Positions 35,741-47,600 of a stretch of DNA of 64,000 bases are shown here, piece after piece; position 1 is the stretch's first letter, and each line of letters opens with the position of its first letter. The translations under genes and the position numbers were made by a program. Origin of the DNA: Orbicella franksi (Eukaryota); assembly GCA_964199315.1 (NCBI GenBank), contig OZ116702.1:5270001-5334000 (forward strand), written 5' to 3'. The notes beneath the pieces were generated by a model that searched no databases, had not been told where the DNA came from, and saw only the letters and a list, made by a program, of their open reading frames with translations.

Positions 35741-36120
35741 GTCAGCTCTAATTGAATTTACTCCCTTGTGAAAAACAAAAGTGTTAAGTTACCATTTGTA
35801 ACTAAAGATAACAAACATCTCGTGGGAAAGAGTGGTGACGATTCGTCAGCTCTAATTGAATTTACTCCCTTGTGAAAAACAAGAGTGTCAAATTACCCTT
35901 TGTAACGAAAAAAATAAAAATATCTCGTTATATTTGCATGCAACAAGAACAAAACAATCGTCACCTGCACTTACTATTGTAAACGTTAGGACTGTTTCAA
36001 ATCTAAATTGTCTCGTCTCCTCTAAAACATGTCCTAAGAACGAGAAGCGACGATTCGTGACCTCTAATTGAATTTACTCCTTGTGAAAAACAAAAGTATC
36101 AAGTTACCTTTGTAACTGAA
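35741..36120 (+). repeat. Three dispersed copies of a roughly 55-bp motif
   Basis: ctctaattgaatttactcc(c)ttgtgaaaaacaa(a/g)agt at about 35745, 35850 and 36063. Confidence 0.75.
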
Positions 36121-37205
36121 AATAAAAATATCTCGTAGCATTTGCATACTACTAACTCACGAACTGTTTCAAACCTCAAGGCTCATCTCGTTCGTAACTA
36201 AGATCCTCAGCCTAACCAACAGAAAATGTCGAAGTAAGTCCAATATATGAATACTTCCTCCTCTTTTATAGAAGAATAAATATGGCCGTTCTAAACTGTG
36301 CCGGGATCAAATCTTCTCACATACCATTTACCTTTACAACAAGAAATTTGATTGGCTGTTTATAGTACATCCAATCTGATTGGTGTGACATAAATACATC
36401 TCTCACTCACTCACTCATCCATTGACCCGTCCATAACATACCCGACGCGCCGACTAAGAGGTATTTTTTTGCCAAAAAAATAACTCAACAAATTAACTTG
36501 ACATGAGCCTGCGATCCAATCGAAAACAAGTCCTTGGTCAGCGGTCAACTAATAACTCAATGAGTTATAAACTTGAGGCCACGATATGGACACGTGACAC
36601 TGGTCAGCGGATACCTTGTTTTTGACAGGTGTCAATTGGCCATAACATGGATGTCAAATATTTTCTTATAATGCAATTTTATTTACAGGACGAACACTTA
36701 CACTACTTACAGTACTAATACTATACTTACATTTACACTTACACTGTACTCGCTCCTTACACTACTTATACTTACACTATTTATACATGCACTAGTCACA
36801 ATACATATATTACAATACGATCACGCTAATTAAATTACAGTTGGCTTAGTTACAATTACATATCTTATTTCCTACTTACACCACTAAGTTACAATACATA
36901 AGAAGAAAATACAAACTATAACAATTTGTTCCTAACACAGCACTATCACTAACAATCCATTTGCAAACCAAGACGCGCAACATGGCGGCCATACTCCAGT
37001 TAATACCAAGGCTGTAAAGCAAGTATGGCCGCCATGTTGCGCGTCGTCGACGCCGTCGTCGTTGGGCGCACGCACCCGCCATCCTTGCCGCTAGCCAGGT
37101 TGACCATGAAAAAAGATTTGCATGGGTTTCTATTTCTATGCATGCACGAGGTTCTGTTCCTATAGTTAAGGTGCTCCGCTTGGCGGCCTTTCGGGCCTCC
37201 AGAGC

Positions 37206-40200
37206 TGTCTATAGAGCGGTTTTCCATTGAGTATCGTAAAAACAAAACCGAAGTAATCGCTCTAGCCAATCACAAAGGCCATTAACATTACAGTGAGCCT
37301 ATCAAAACTCGAAGTAATTACATGTAGCTGACGCAAAGCGCGGGAAAACGTGTGCGAACGAATCATGATTGGTTCTGGTTTTAATTCTGATTGAATGAAG
37401 TGAGTGAAGTGGCTCGAGTTTTTTAAGCCAATCATGTAACATAGTTGATGCACAACCAATTACTTTTCGACACTCAAATGGAATTTTAAATGCTATATTG
37501 CAGTAAGTCCAGTAATATGATGATTCTAATAAGGAGCCCCGAACAAATGCCATGCCTCCGAAAAACGCCCTAGCTTCTTTTTATATGCGCCCAAAACACT
37601 AAATGGAATCACCACAGTAGTCAGGTAGACCTTACGTGGACCTTAGTGTTTTTTATTACTACTGTAGTTACGTTGGAAAAAAGGCGAAGAGATGATAACT
37701 GAACTAAAGCTACTTTCTTTCCAGGTTTTTGATTCACGTGGTCGTTTCTTGTTCAATTTCGGCCGCAAGGGTAGTCAGGACGGGGAATTAATGCGACCCA
37801 CAGGGGTAGCCGTGGGGCACGATGGAAATATCATAGTCGCTGATAGAGACAATCATCGTATTCAAGTCTTCTCTAGCGAGGGGCGTTTTATTACAAAGTT
37901 TGGTACCAAGGGGGATGGAGACGGGCAACTAAATGATCCACATGGCCTCGCATTGACGCCAGAGGGAAATATAATTGTCGCAGACTTTCGTAATAATCGT
38001 GTTCAATTGTTCGGGCAACCGGCGTAAAAAGTTAACCTTTGCAACGTTCATTTCCTGCTAGAAGTTCCACACACCGGAGAAAATTAGTCACCAGGCCAAT
38101 GGAGAAAAAAGACAGTATCGTATATTGCCTTGTTTGGAATATGCATCATCATTGGCTCGCTCTCGGCACCGCCATTGGTTGGCCATGGGCACGTGTTCCA
38201 AATGTTTTACCATTTCATTCCTTTAGTAGTTTACTTCCGGACCGTTGAGATCTGGTGTCGATATTGAATTTAACTGGTTTATTACAGTCCCTCAACAGCA
38301 GGTGTATACAATGTTAAACTATGAAAATAGTGTCGCTTATTAATTTCGTGGGCCCATCGGTACTGCTTCTCTCCCTCGCTGATTTTAATTGCGTTACCTC
38401 TCTTAGTATCATTCTAGAGTTTGCAACTGCGCTTGAAGGCGAAAGATGATCTCAATTCACACGTTTCCACATAGCCAGAGAAAAACAGGCGAAGTTGCGC
38501 GACCCTCGGCTTTCCATTCACGTGTGGGACGGCTTTCCATCCACGTGTGGGAGAGTCTTCCCATTGGTTGTTTCTTGGCGCGAAAAATCACAGCGAATCA
38601 GATGCATTAGATTTTTTCCTTAAGGCATTTTTTGGTTCAAATTTCAGCTGCCTCTTTCGCAGTGGACCAAAGAAGCGCGTGTCCGCGCATGTCTTAATAC
38701 GCGGCCGGTTTTCTCCCTCATTTCCACAGTACTTTTTAAAACTTTATTGTATATAATATGCAATTTAATTTCATCTTTTTCCTTTCTTTATTCTTATCTA
38801 TTAATAGTTACAATAGTCTAGTTTACGTATTAGGTTCTTGTGAGTTCATAATTATTTTCCTTGATCATTTACATTTTTTCATTATTTTCATTAATTGGAC
38901 TCTTCTGCAAACCACTTTGTAATTTAGATTTCCTCATTAAAGATTAACGCATTTAAATTTCTAAAATTTAAATTGTACACTTATTATTATTTCAAGTTAC
39001 TTTTATTGCCTCAGAATTCATATATTTTGTATTATTTTTTAGCCTTTGGCATACTTTTATGAGGGTTAGTGTAGTGTAAAAAAACAACAATTTTATTTCA
39101 ATCAATTCTTTGAACATTATCTTTTTTAGCATTTCTTTGTTTACTCATCACCGTTTGGAATATCGAAATGACGTTTGGATTTTAACTGCTCATCCAACAC
39201 GCCCTTTCGTTGAGTTAATTCCCCGATTGAAAGTAATTTTGCTTAAATTTGCATTAATTATTTTTTGCTGTTTGTAAGAGGATATTTTTATTTCATATTT
39301 CGTTATCAAGAATTTCCTGAACTTTAGAGGAATAGAAACTTACTTTTTAAAAATTACTAAAATTAGCTATTAGTATCAATAATGACGCTGGGCGATGTTA
39401 ATTCAACATCAAGCCAAATGACCGTTTGTAAATCACGCCTACGGCACAATCACCCGATTGGCGACTTTTTAGTTTTACGAGAGTACAATTGTAGTTGGAA
39501 TTTTTTTCTAATATCTTTTCTGAACGCTTTCCTAGCGGAAACAACAACTGAACCCGTTTTAGTTCAATTTTAAAACTGATTCAATTCAAGTTTTATTATC
39601 TTTTAAAATCCTACTGTTAGAACAACCTCATATCTTGTTGAAAACTTCCTGTGACTGGAATAGCAATGACAATTATAACACGTAATCTGAAAGCGCCGCT
39701 TTGTTTCCGAGGTTAGGTCTATCGTCCACACTTACCCGTCACGAAAACGGAACTTTTCGAAAACGCCCTTCAAACCGGAGAGATTTCAAAACGCTGGCTT
39801 TGAGTTTAAGTATGGACGGAAAACATTTTGAAAACGGATCTTTTCGAAAACGATGACGTCACGATAACCACGTGATTTCCCTGCCCGAGTCACGACCGTT
39901 GCTTGTTGCGTTGTGAAATTTCTCGGGCGTAGTGTGGACCGGGAAAATATTTGTGAAAACGCCGTTTTCAAATTTCTCCGGCGTAGTGTTTACAGGGCCT
40001 AAGCAGTGACGAAGCATGGTGCTTTCTGACCTTCCTTTCACTGAACTGATTTGATTTTATGTCAAACCGCTAGAAACATTGTGAAGTAATAGCCTTGAAA
40101 TTACAAGAAGTAAAGTTTCATCAAAGCTTTTGAGAGAGAACAATTTATAATTAACCATTTCCAAATTCCGCACAAATTCTAATATATTGTGTTTGTACTG

Positions 40201-40378
40201 CAAAGTAAAAAAAATGTAATTTGAAAAGTAAATTCGTTTGCTTTTCAGCTATTTGATGTCTTTACAAATTAAGACTTTGATAAATACACCTGTATCATAA
40301 TTTAGGTAGAACAATGCTTAGTCAATAAACAGAAATGCGAAGTAAAGCGTTGCCTTTTAGCTAGATCCTACTTCTAAA
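37206..40378 (+). repeat. Segmental duplication, copy 2 of 13383-16758
   Basis: Colinear alignment with substitutions and indels in the non-coding parts. Homology stops where a MITE begins at about 40380. Confidence 0.9.
37725..38027 (+). CDS. Duplicate TRIM-NHL terminal exon (NHL repeats 5-6), protein-identical to 14073-14375; alternative last exon or orphan
   Basis: Intact acceptor ctttctttccag, phase 0, 100 identical residues, TAA stop. No upstream TRIM exons precede it locally. Confidence 0.6.
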   Translation, partial: VFDSRGRFLFNFGRKGSQDGELMRPTGVAVGHDGNIIVADRDNHRIQVFSSEGRFITKFGTKGDGDGQLNDPHGLALTPEGNIIVADFRNNRVQLFGQPA

Positions 40379-40379
40379 G

Positions 40380-40700
40380 CTCTGGCCAATATTTCAACGC
40401 AGAATATCGCAAAATTGTTGGGCGCCACATGTTGAACGCGTTTGGCCACCCTACTGCGACGCGTAGCGACATTTGCTACATATTGGGTGTTGCAAATCGA
40501 ACTAGTGCGCATGCCCTGGCGTAACATTGTTGCACGAACCTGGCCAAATGAGTACAACATCATGCAACATCCACAACTGATGAATGAAAATTTGACCATT
40601 TTCAAACTTGAGCCAACATCACTCAACACGTCGCAACAGGGTGGTGAAACACGCGCAACATGTTGCGCCCAACAACGTTGCGATATGTTGCGTTGAAATG
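40380..40700. mobile_element. MITE rich in caacatgttg palindromes
   Basis: aattgttgggcgccacatgttgaacgcgtttggccacc is mirrored by ggtggtgaaacacgcgcaacatgttgcgcccaacaacgtt. Confidence 0.65.
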
Positions 40701-41127
40701 TTTGAAGTACTCCCCTGTTAATATGATGGGTGTGGTCGTCGTTCCTACTAGTCTGTCCACGCACAGACCCTCTATTATGTCGTAAGTTCGTCGAGATCGC
40801 AATGAGTCGAAAACTGTTTGATCACTTACTCAACACAAACAGCTTATTCAATTTTTATTTGTCAGAATTTATACCAGTCATACATTTAATGACTTAACTT
40901 ACGTTTCTGTTCGATTGTCCTGAATGGGTCTCTTTTGGCAGTTACTCTTTCTCGGGTTGTTCCATGGATGTATTTTGGTACAACATTGTAAGTTGTGTGG
41001 TATTACCAAAAGTTACCACTTCGCAGACGGACAAGAATTGTCGATGTGATTACCTATCAATACCGGACCTAACGCAGCTCGTATCGTGCTCTTGTCGTAA
41101 TCCTACGCTTTCCAAACTGTTTAGAAG

Positions 41128-41276
41128 CAGCCTGCGTAGCAAGCGTTCCGGTACGAGCAAAGAGATTCTGGCCTGTTGGTCGCGCGAAAATTGTGGAAAA
41201 AAGTCGACAGAGACGGGGGTACGGAATGCGAAAAAGAGCCTTATCCTCTGTACGGGAATGCTTACTACGCGGGCTG
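41128..41276. mobile_element. 149-bp MITE with CAG..CTG termini (possibly Academ-type)
   Basis: cagcctgcgtagcaagcgttccggtacgag versus ctctgtacgggaatgcttactacgcgggctg. The TSD is degenerate. Confidence 0.55.
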
Positions 41277-41663
41277 TGTTAGCAGTTGCTTACGAGATGT
41301 TTTACTGCTGTAAAAGCGGATAAAAAAGTCAGGTTCAAGATGACTAAAAACACGATAATCGCGTAACACCAGCATTTACATAGCGCTTAACAGTAAATTG
41401 ATAAAATTTTCACTCTTTGTCAATACAGTACCTTTCAATTCAATTTCAACAAGTTAAAGGGCAGCAAGACGGTTTTTATTGCAACCATTACCTTTGATCA
41501 TTTATATTAGTATTGTCTCTGTTTCATTCATGACTATTTTAAAACTTTTCAACTCCCGAAAGATCAACAGCTCACTTCTCCATAAAATCAGTGGCGTGAC
41601 GCACGTGACAGGAAGAGGGGTAGAGCTAAACAGGTAAATTTCATATTCTCATTTTCATGTCAT

Positions 41664-44600
41664 TCAGTGATTGTCAAATCCAGGCATTGGGAAACTTCTG
41701 GCAAAGCTCTCCACCTCTCCCCTGAGAGTATCAATCTTTGCTTTGATTTCTGTGTTGGAATCAATGTGCGAGAGGAAGTCCTTCATAACGTCACCTTGAA
41801 GGAGGAAGCGAGAAACGAAAAAACAAAACAGTAAATAAAAGCATTTCTCAGCTGTTATTAGAAGTCGCAACAGAATAGTTATAAGCTTCAAAGATATGGA
41901 CACAAATTGAAGTTGATTTCAAAGCATTGCAGACATCATCGATGTCTCCTTAATCATAATTCAACTGTTTTGTCACTAGTTTGTGGTCTTCGGTCAAATT
42001 TGAAATGGCTGCCACCATAATGTGAAACACCACCATTGTTTAACAATCAAATTATTTCAATTGATTTAATTTCTAAACTAATTACACCGGTCTGTAAACC
42101 TAACATACTGGGCAAACGATTGTACAGGTCACCTATAACTGCAAGGGGAAATACACAATTGTGTTTCAGTTTTTTAGACATCTGTGCCCTAAGACTAAGT
42201 CAAAGAATGAATATAAGATATGTCTGTGAGACAGAGATTGAGTCGAGAAAGCGACAGGCTTCCCCAATCCTCCGTAGGAAAAAAGATGGCGACTGGTACA
42301 TTTACCGATAGTTCTTAGTGTACTTAAACCTAAACAACGTTCATAAAAACGTTCAGAAACGTTATAAAATCTTCAAACCTAGGCTACTTAATATCCTTAG
42401 TGCAGGGACAAATATTGTAATTATAAAGCTTTCTTTGTGCCTTTTGGGCTGTGTTAGCTTCGCGAGGCATTGTGGTAAAATGTACAGCCGCCATCTTTTT
42501 TCTTACGGTGGATTGGTACCGTCCTCTCACAACAGACCTGTACTTTGTTACCTGTTGCGCTTTGCGCCTCTAAAGCAATCTTTACTCCTCTGTCAAGGTA
42601 CTCCACAACTTTAACAAAGTCAGCTTCTTTAAAATTGCGAGATGTTAAGGCGGGTGCTCCTACAAAACAAAGGAATGAGTGATCAACTCTTAACTTCCCC
42701 TCACAGTATCACTGCATTGTAAGGCAGACAAGTGATGAAAATAAAGAAAATCATCAGCTTATGATGTTGTCTTGATATAGCACTAAATTCTCAGAACCAC
42801 AAATAAAAGAACTTACAGCAATGAATAGGGAGAGTTGCTACTTTGACATATTTAATTTGTTCACGACCAGAAGCATTTGCAACTGTAATATCACTAGCAA
42901 AGTCGCGCTATCAAACTTAGGCTCAGTCCACACTACGCCGGAAGAATCTAAAAACGCAACAATCACTGGTCATTTTGGATTTGCGTTTGAGTAAAACTCG
43001 GACAGAGAAATCACACGATTATCGTGACGCCACTGTTTTCGAAAAGCTCCGTTTTCAAAATGTTTTCCGTCCACACAAAGACGAAAAGCCAGCGTTTTCA
43101 AATTCCTCCGGTTTGAAGAGCGTTTGAAGGCCTAACTGTAGAAATAAAGCTGCGTTTTCTAATTTCTCCGGGGAAGTGACGGGGCCTCAGTACACGTTAA
43201 TGTGCATAATCTAATGATGGACGCTCATGGTTTGAGGAAAGTTAACTTTGTTTCTCGAGAGAAATTTATTTCCATTGGCAATGTTATAAAACATTTCAGA
43301 GCACGGTAAGAATTTTGAATTGCTAAGTACAGATATGTTTCTGAAGTGCTAACAAATTTGCACCGTGTTCAACGCCGCAGTCTTTCAGCACCAGACATGA
43401 AAAAAATACCGGATAACATTTCACACACCCAGTCTGAGTCCTCCGGGTTTTAAAGCACTCTTATCTCCTGGACACGTGTTCTTGTTTGCAGTTATTGACG
43501 CCATTTCTAGAACCTTCTCTACACGGGCTCCGTCAATTCCCTGAGAAATAAAAAGTGACACTGCTTTGAACAAAAAGTTCCCGTTCACAAAGGCGTGGCA
43601 AGTACTGCTGGTAAGGCACATACAGTTCACCTACTGTTAAAATTAATACTGCAAGGAAACAGCAGGGTGACTCTATGAGCGGCCTACGATGGATTATATG
43701 CCCAAAGGTATGGCCTGGTCACTGTAATCTATGACACTATGGATAAAAGTTGTTTTTGTTTAATGTAATGCAAAGATACAAACACATTGACTTGCTTAGC
43801 AATCAATATGTCACTTTACTTGTTTCAAGCACCCAAGCAAGCGCTCTTGGCAGCTCAAGAGAGAGCGCTTGTTCGCAATTTACCCAAATTGACAAACAAC
43901 TACAATCTTGAAACAGTACCGATTAATTGCCTAGTTATCGTTTCCCTTGGCATTTGCTTTCTACCTTTACCAGTAAAAACTACTTGCAACGTTTTCTCGA
44001 GGAATGTTCATCAGCATATCACAGAGGCAAGATTTAGACCCCCAATTGCCAACCCACAATAATGGAGAAATAATGAACCTCTGGGGGGAACTCCCACATG
44101 AAAACGACGGGGGTGCTTGTCGGAAATTTTAAAAAGAAGCCCTAAGAGGTACAAAGATCCTCTTTTGTGGGCAAGGCTTGAAATGTTTTTCACCCCTAAG
44201 AGGAACCAATTCTAAAACAACACATAAACTGACACTGACTTTTCTCAGCACAACGCCCTAAAAGGTACCGTGAAAGCTCCCACTATCAACCTTTTGAGGC
44301 ACAATGCCCTAAGAGGTAGCAAAGCCACTTTTTCAACCCTTAAAAATATGACAAGTACAACTGTCCTTTTTTACATAGGAGTTTCCACCCCACCCCACCC
44401 CCCCCCCCCTCCAAGAACGAACCGTGCTTGAAGGATTGTGTTTTTTCCAGCTCACCTTTGGTCTCAAGTCAAGGAGAACAAGATGATTGTCTGTTCCACC
44501 TGTCAAGCAAACAACAGCAAAATATTTAATTAAAAACCAATAAAGAAGTCAAGACTAGGTATTATAGTGCCATAAAAAGAACAGGAATTTGAGAGCACAA

Positions 44601-47600
44601 GAGAAATGTCAAATTACTGGAGTGTTTTATGACAGCCTACAGGTCTGTCATTAAGTTTGATTCACATGTAGCCTTGATCTTCACAAAATGGGTGAACTGT
44701 ATCAACTACTGGCAAGTTCACCCGTAACATTAAAGGGCCCATCAAAAATACCCAACCATAGCAGCTGTTACGGATTACTGCTCCCTTATTGAGAGCCCTG
44801 GCCTAATACATGGTTTACGCTTCTTTATGCAGATTTAAAATCTAATCTATACCAGTGATGAACATCTTACTGTTTAATTTATACATTTATTCATTACCCC
44901 AAAATATTAAGGTTGCTAATCCTTACCAGACACTATAGAATATCCTGAATCTGACAAAGCTTTTGCCATGGACTTGGCATTCTTTAATACCTGAAGCTGG
45001 TATTCCTTAAACATTGGGCTTTGTGCCTGAAACATTAATTGCTAAATATTACCTCTACCATCATACTGTAACTTATTCTTAAAATCTGAGCTCTAGATAA
45101 ATATAATAATGCAAAACAGTATTAACCTTGCACTGCAAATTATGTTCAACGCTGGCCTTGCAAAAAGTTCCTTGCTGTAAAATCATTGTACTTAGCACAA
45201 AAATACCACTATGTATTATTGTAGACCCTTTGTCAAAATGTTAGTAAAGAGCTATTATATATTAGTTGAGTTTTTTAAATTGTACAAGTAAAACTGAAGG
45301 ATGACGTTGATACGCAACGAATGTTTTGTTTGTATGTGGTAGATCGGTGCTCAGTCTGTATTTTTCATGTCTTTTTCTGTATTTTCCTTCCTTTGTTATT
45401 GCTTCGCTTTGAACTTGTAATCAAATTTGTAAACTGATGTTTTAAACCTCTCTGTAACCAGCAGCCATACTATAGCAAACTATCTGTTCTTTCTCGTTAT
45501 GTGTCTTAGCCAATCAAAGTGAATGGTTAATGCAAAGGGCCTAACAATCTAGGATAACCAACTGATTGAAAATCAAGTGCTACTCACCTGTTTGAGCGCC
45601 ACACCTACGCCTGCAATAGAATGGTTGTGTGGTCCTCCTTGGAGTGACGGAAACACTGCAAAGTCAATGTTCTTGTCAAAATCATACTTGATCTCTGGAA
45701 GAAGGTCAAGGATTAAATCACTTTGCACTGAAGACCTCTCTTACTGTGTAACAATGTATCCTGGCAGTGATTATCAATAAAGCTAAACAAAGCTAAACAT
45801 TTTCAGTGACTGCCTTAACGTTTTGGATGAAAATGGAGGAGTTAGGATGTGGTTTGGTATAAAGTGGCAGTTTGGCAGAGAAGATGGAAAGAAATTTGCA
45901 TGCAGAGTACTTTTGACTGCTGTGGACACTATGAGGGCAAAGTGTCTTTCCTAAAAACATAACACAAAAAAACCTGAGGGCTGCAACTCAAACCTCTTCA
46001 GCATCATCCCATGCACTGAAGGTTAGGCCACTGAATGACGGTGACAGTGGAACCAAATGTGTTACTATGAGCACTGTTACTTGGTACAATATTTTGTTTA
46101 ATCAGCAAATTAAAGGATATCTTTTCCTGTTTTCTTGTTAATTCCTTTGACACCAACACGGTAGAAAATTAAGCCAGCCCTGCAAGAGAACAGAATCAGA
46201 ACAAATGAAATCTCACAAAAAAGTGTGTTGATATGTGACCAAGTGATCCAGTGTACTTTAAATGACTTTTAGCATAACATTTATTCAAATTGACCATTTA
46301 CATTCCAGTTAAAATTCCTGGACTGCAGTTTTGCAGGACAAAAGAATACATGGCCTTATCACCAACTAGAATTGTTGAACTGTTGCATAGGCAAAAGTTT
46401 CAGTCCTGACAAAATGTACCAAAAACAGCCTATTTTGTCGCCTAAAACAAATTATTTGCTGCCTACTTCACACTGGAGTTTTATAATCCTGGCTAATCCT
46501 GCCTATTACTTCTGTTATCATGCCTGTTACTACAAAACATTTTCACAGCTGGACTGTATTTCTCCTAAGTACTAATGACAATAATGGAACTTGTAACTTT
46601 ATGCATAAGAAAAGTATGAAGACCACAAACTTAAGGATAATTAATGAATATTGTCAGTACCTAACTGCTCTGAGAGTCTTATGAGTTGTTGTTGTAACCA
46701 CATGGGAGTGGTCAAAAGGGCTAGGGATAACCTGTGCAGAAACAAAATAAAGACAATCAGGCAAATTGAGTCAAGTGCTGAGGCACAAAGTCATGGATCC
46801 TTCATCTGTCATGTTGGAACTAATCGGAGGCACATCTAGAGCTGCTCCAAAATGATCACAGATTGACCCTCTTACTAGGCTCAAAAAAACAGAAAGTTGG
46901 AGAGGAGGGTGGTGCTGGAGTGAAAGTTGATGTTTCTGTCTTCAATGCGGAAAAGAGGGACAAAACACTTTATACCTTTAAGCTTTCTATTTTTCACAAT
47001 TTTATGAGAATCCTCTCCCTTCCCCACAACCCCCCTATATCTACCATGGTGTTTCATAATATGGATTATTATCCAACTGCAGCAAATATGATCCAAATAA
47101 CAATCCAAATATATAGCGATATTGTACAGTTATTTGTACAGTAGAAAACCTGTTTGCTGTGCAGGTTGGCGCTTGCATGCGAAGCTGTCACACTCTACCC
47201 CTTTCATTGATAAATTTATTGACTACAACAGCTGGATAATAAATCTCTTACTAGGTGTTTTGGTATGTAGTATCGCTTTATATTTTTACTTGTTGTTTGT
47301 ATTTTGACCCGCCCTACAGGCTTGTCAAAATACGGCACAACTCGCAAAAAAAAAAAAGAGAAAAGAAAAAAATGATACTACACACCAAAACATCTAATAA
47401 GATATATTGCCTGCTTACCTGAGCAGCTACAAGACCACTTATATGTGCCATATCTGCCAGTAAAACAGCTTTATGCTCATCAGCAATCTGAAATACAAAA
47501 GAACTCAACCATTACCAACAGAGCATTTAATTATTAACAAATAGCCCAATTTCGATATATTAAAATTCAGCCTAGCACAATAGACCTCAGCATGGGGCTC

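Noticed and set aside
35741-36120. CRISPR-like spaced direct repeats (also 20829-21300)
   Set aside because: Eukaryotic context, no cas genes, and the inter-repeat sequences are homologous or irregular rather than unique spacers.
40357-40764. 135-aa and 84-aa overlapping ORFs
   Set aside because: They lie within a palindromic MITE and show no protein motifs.
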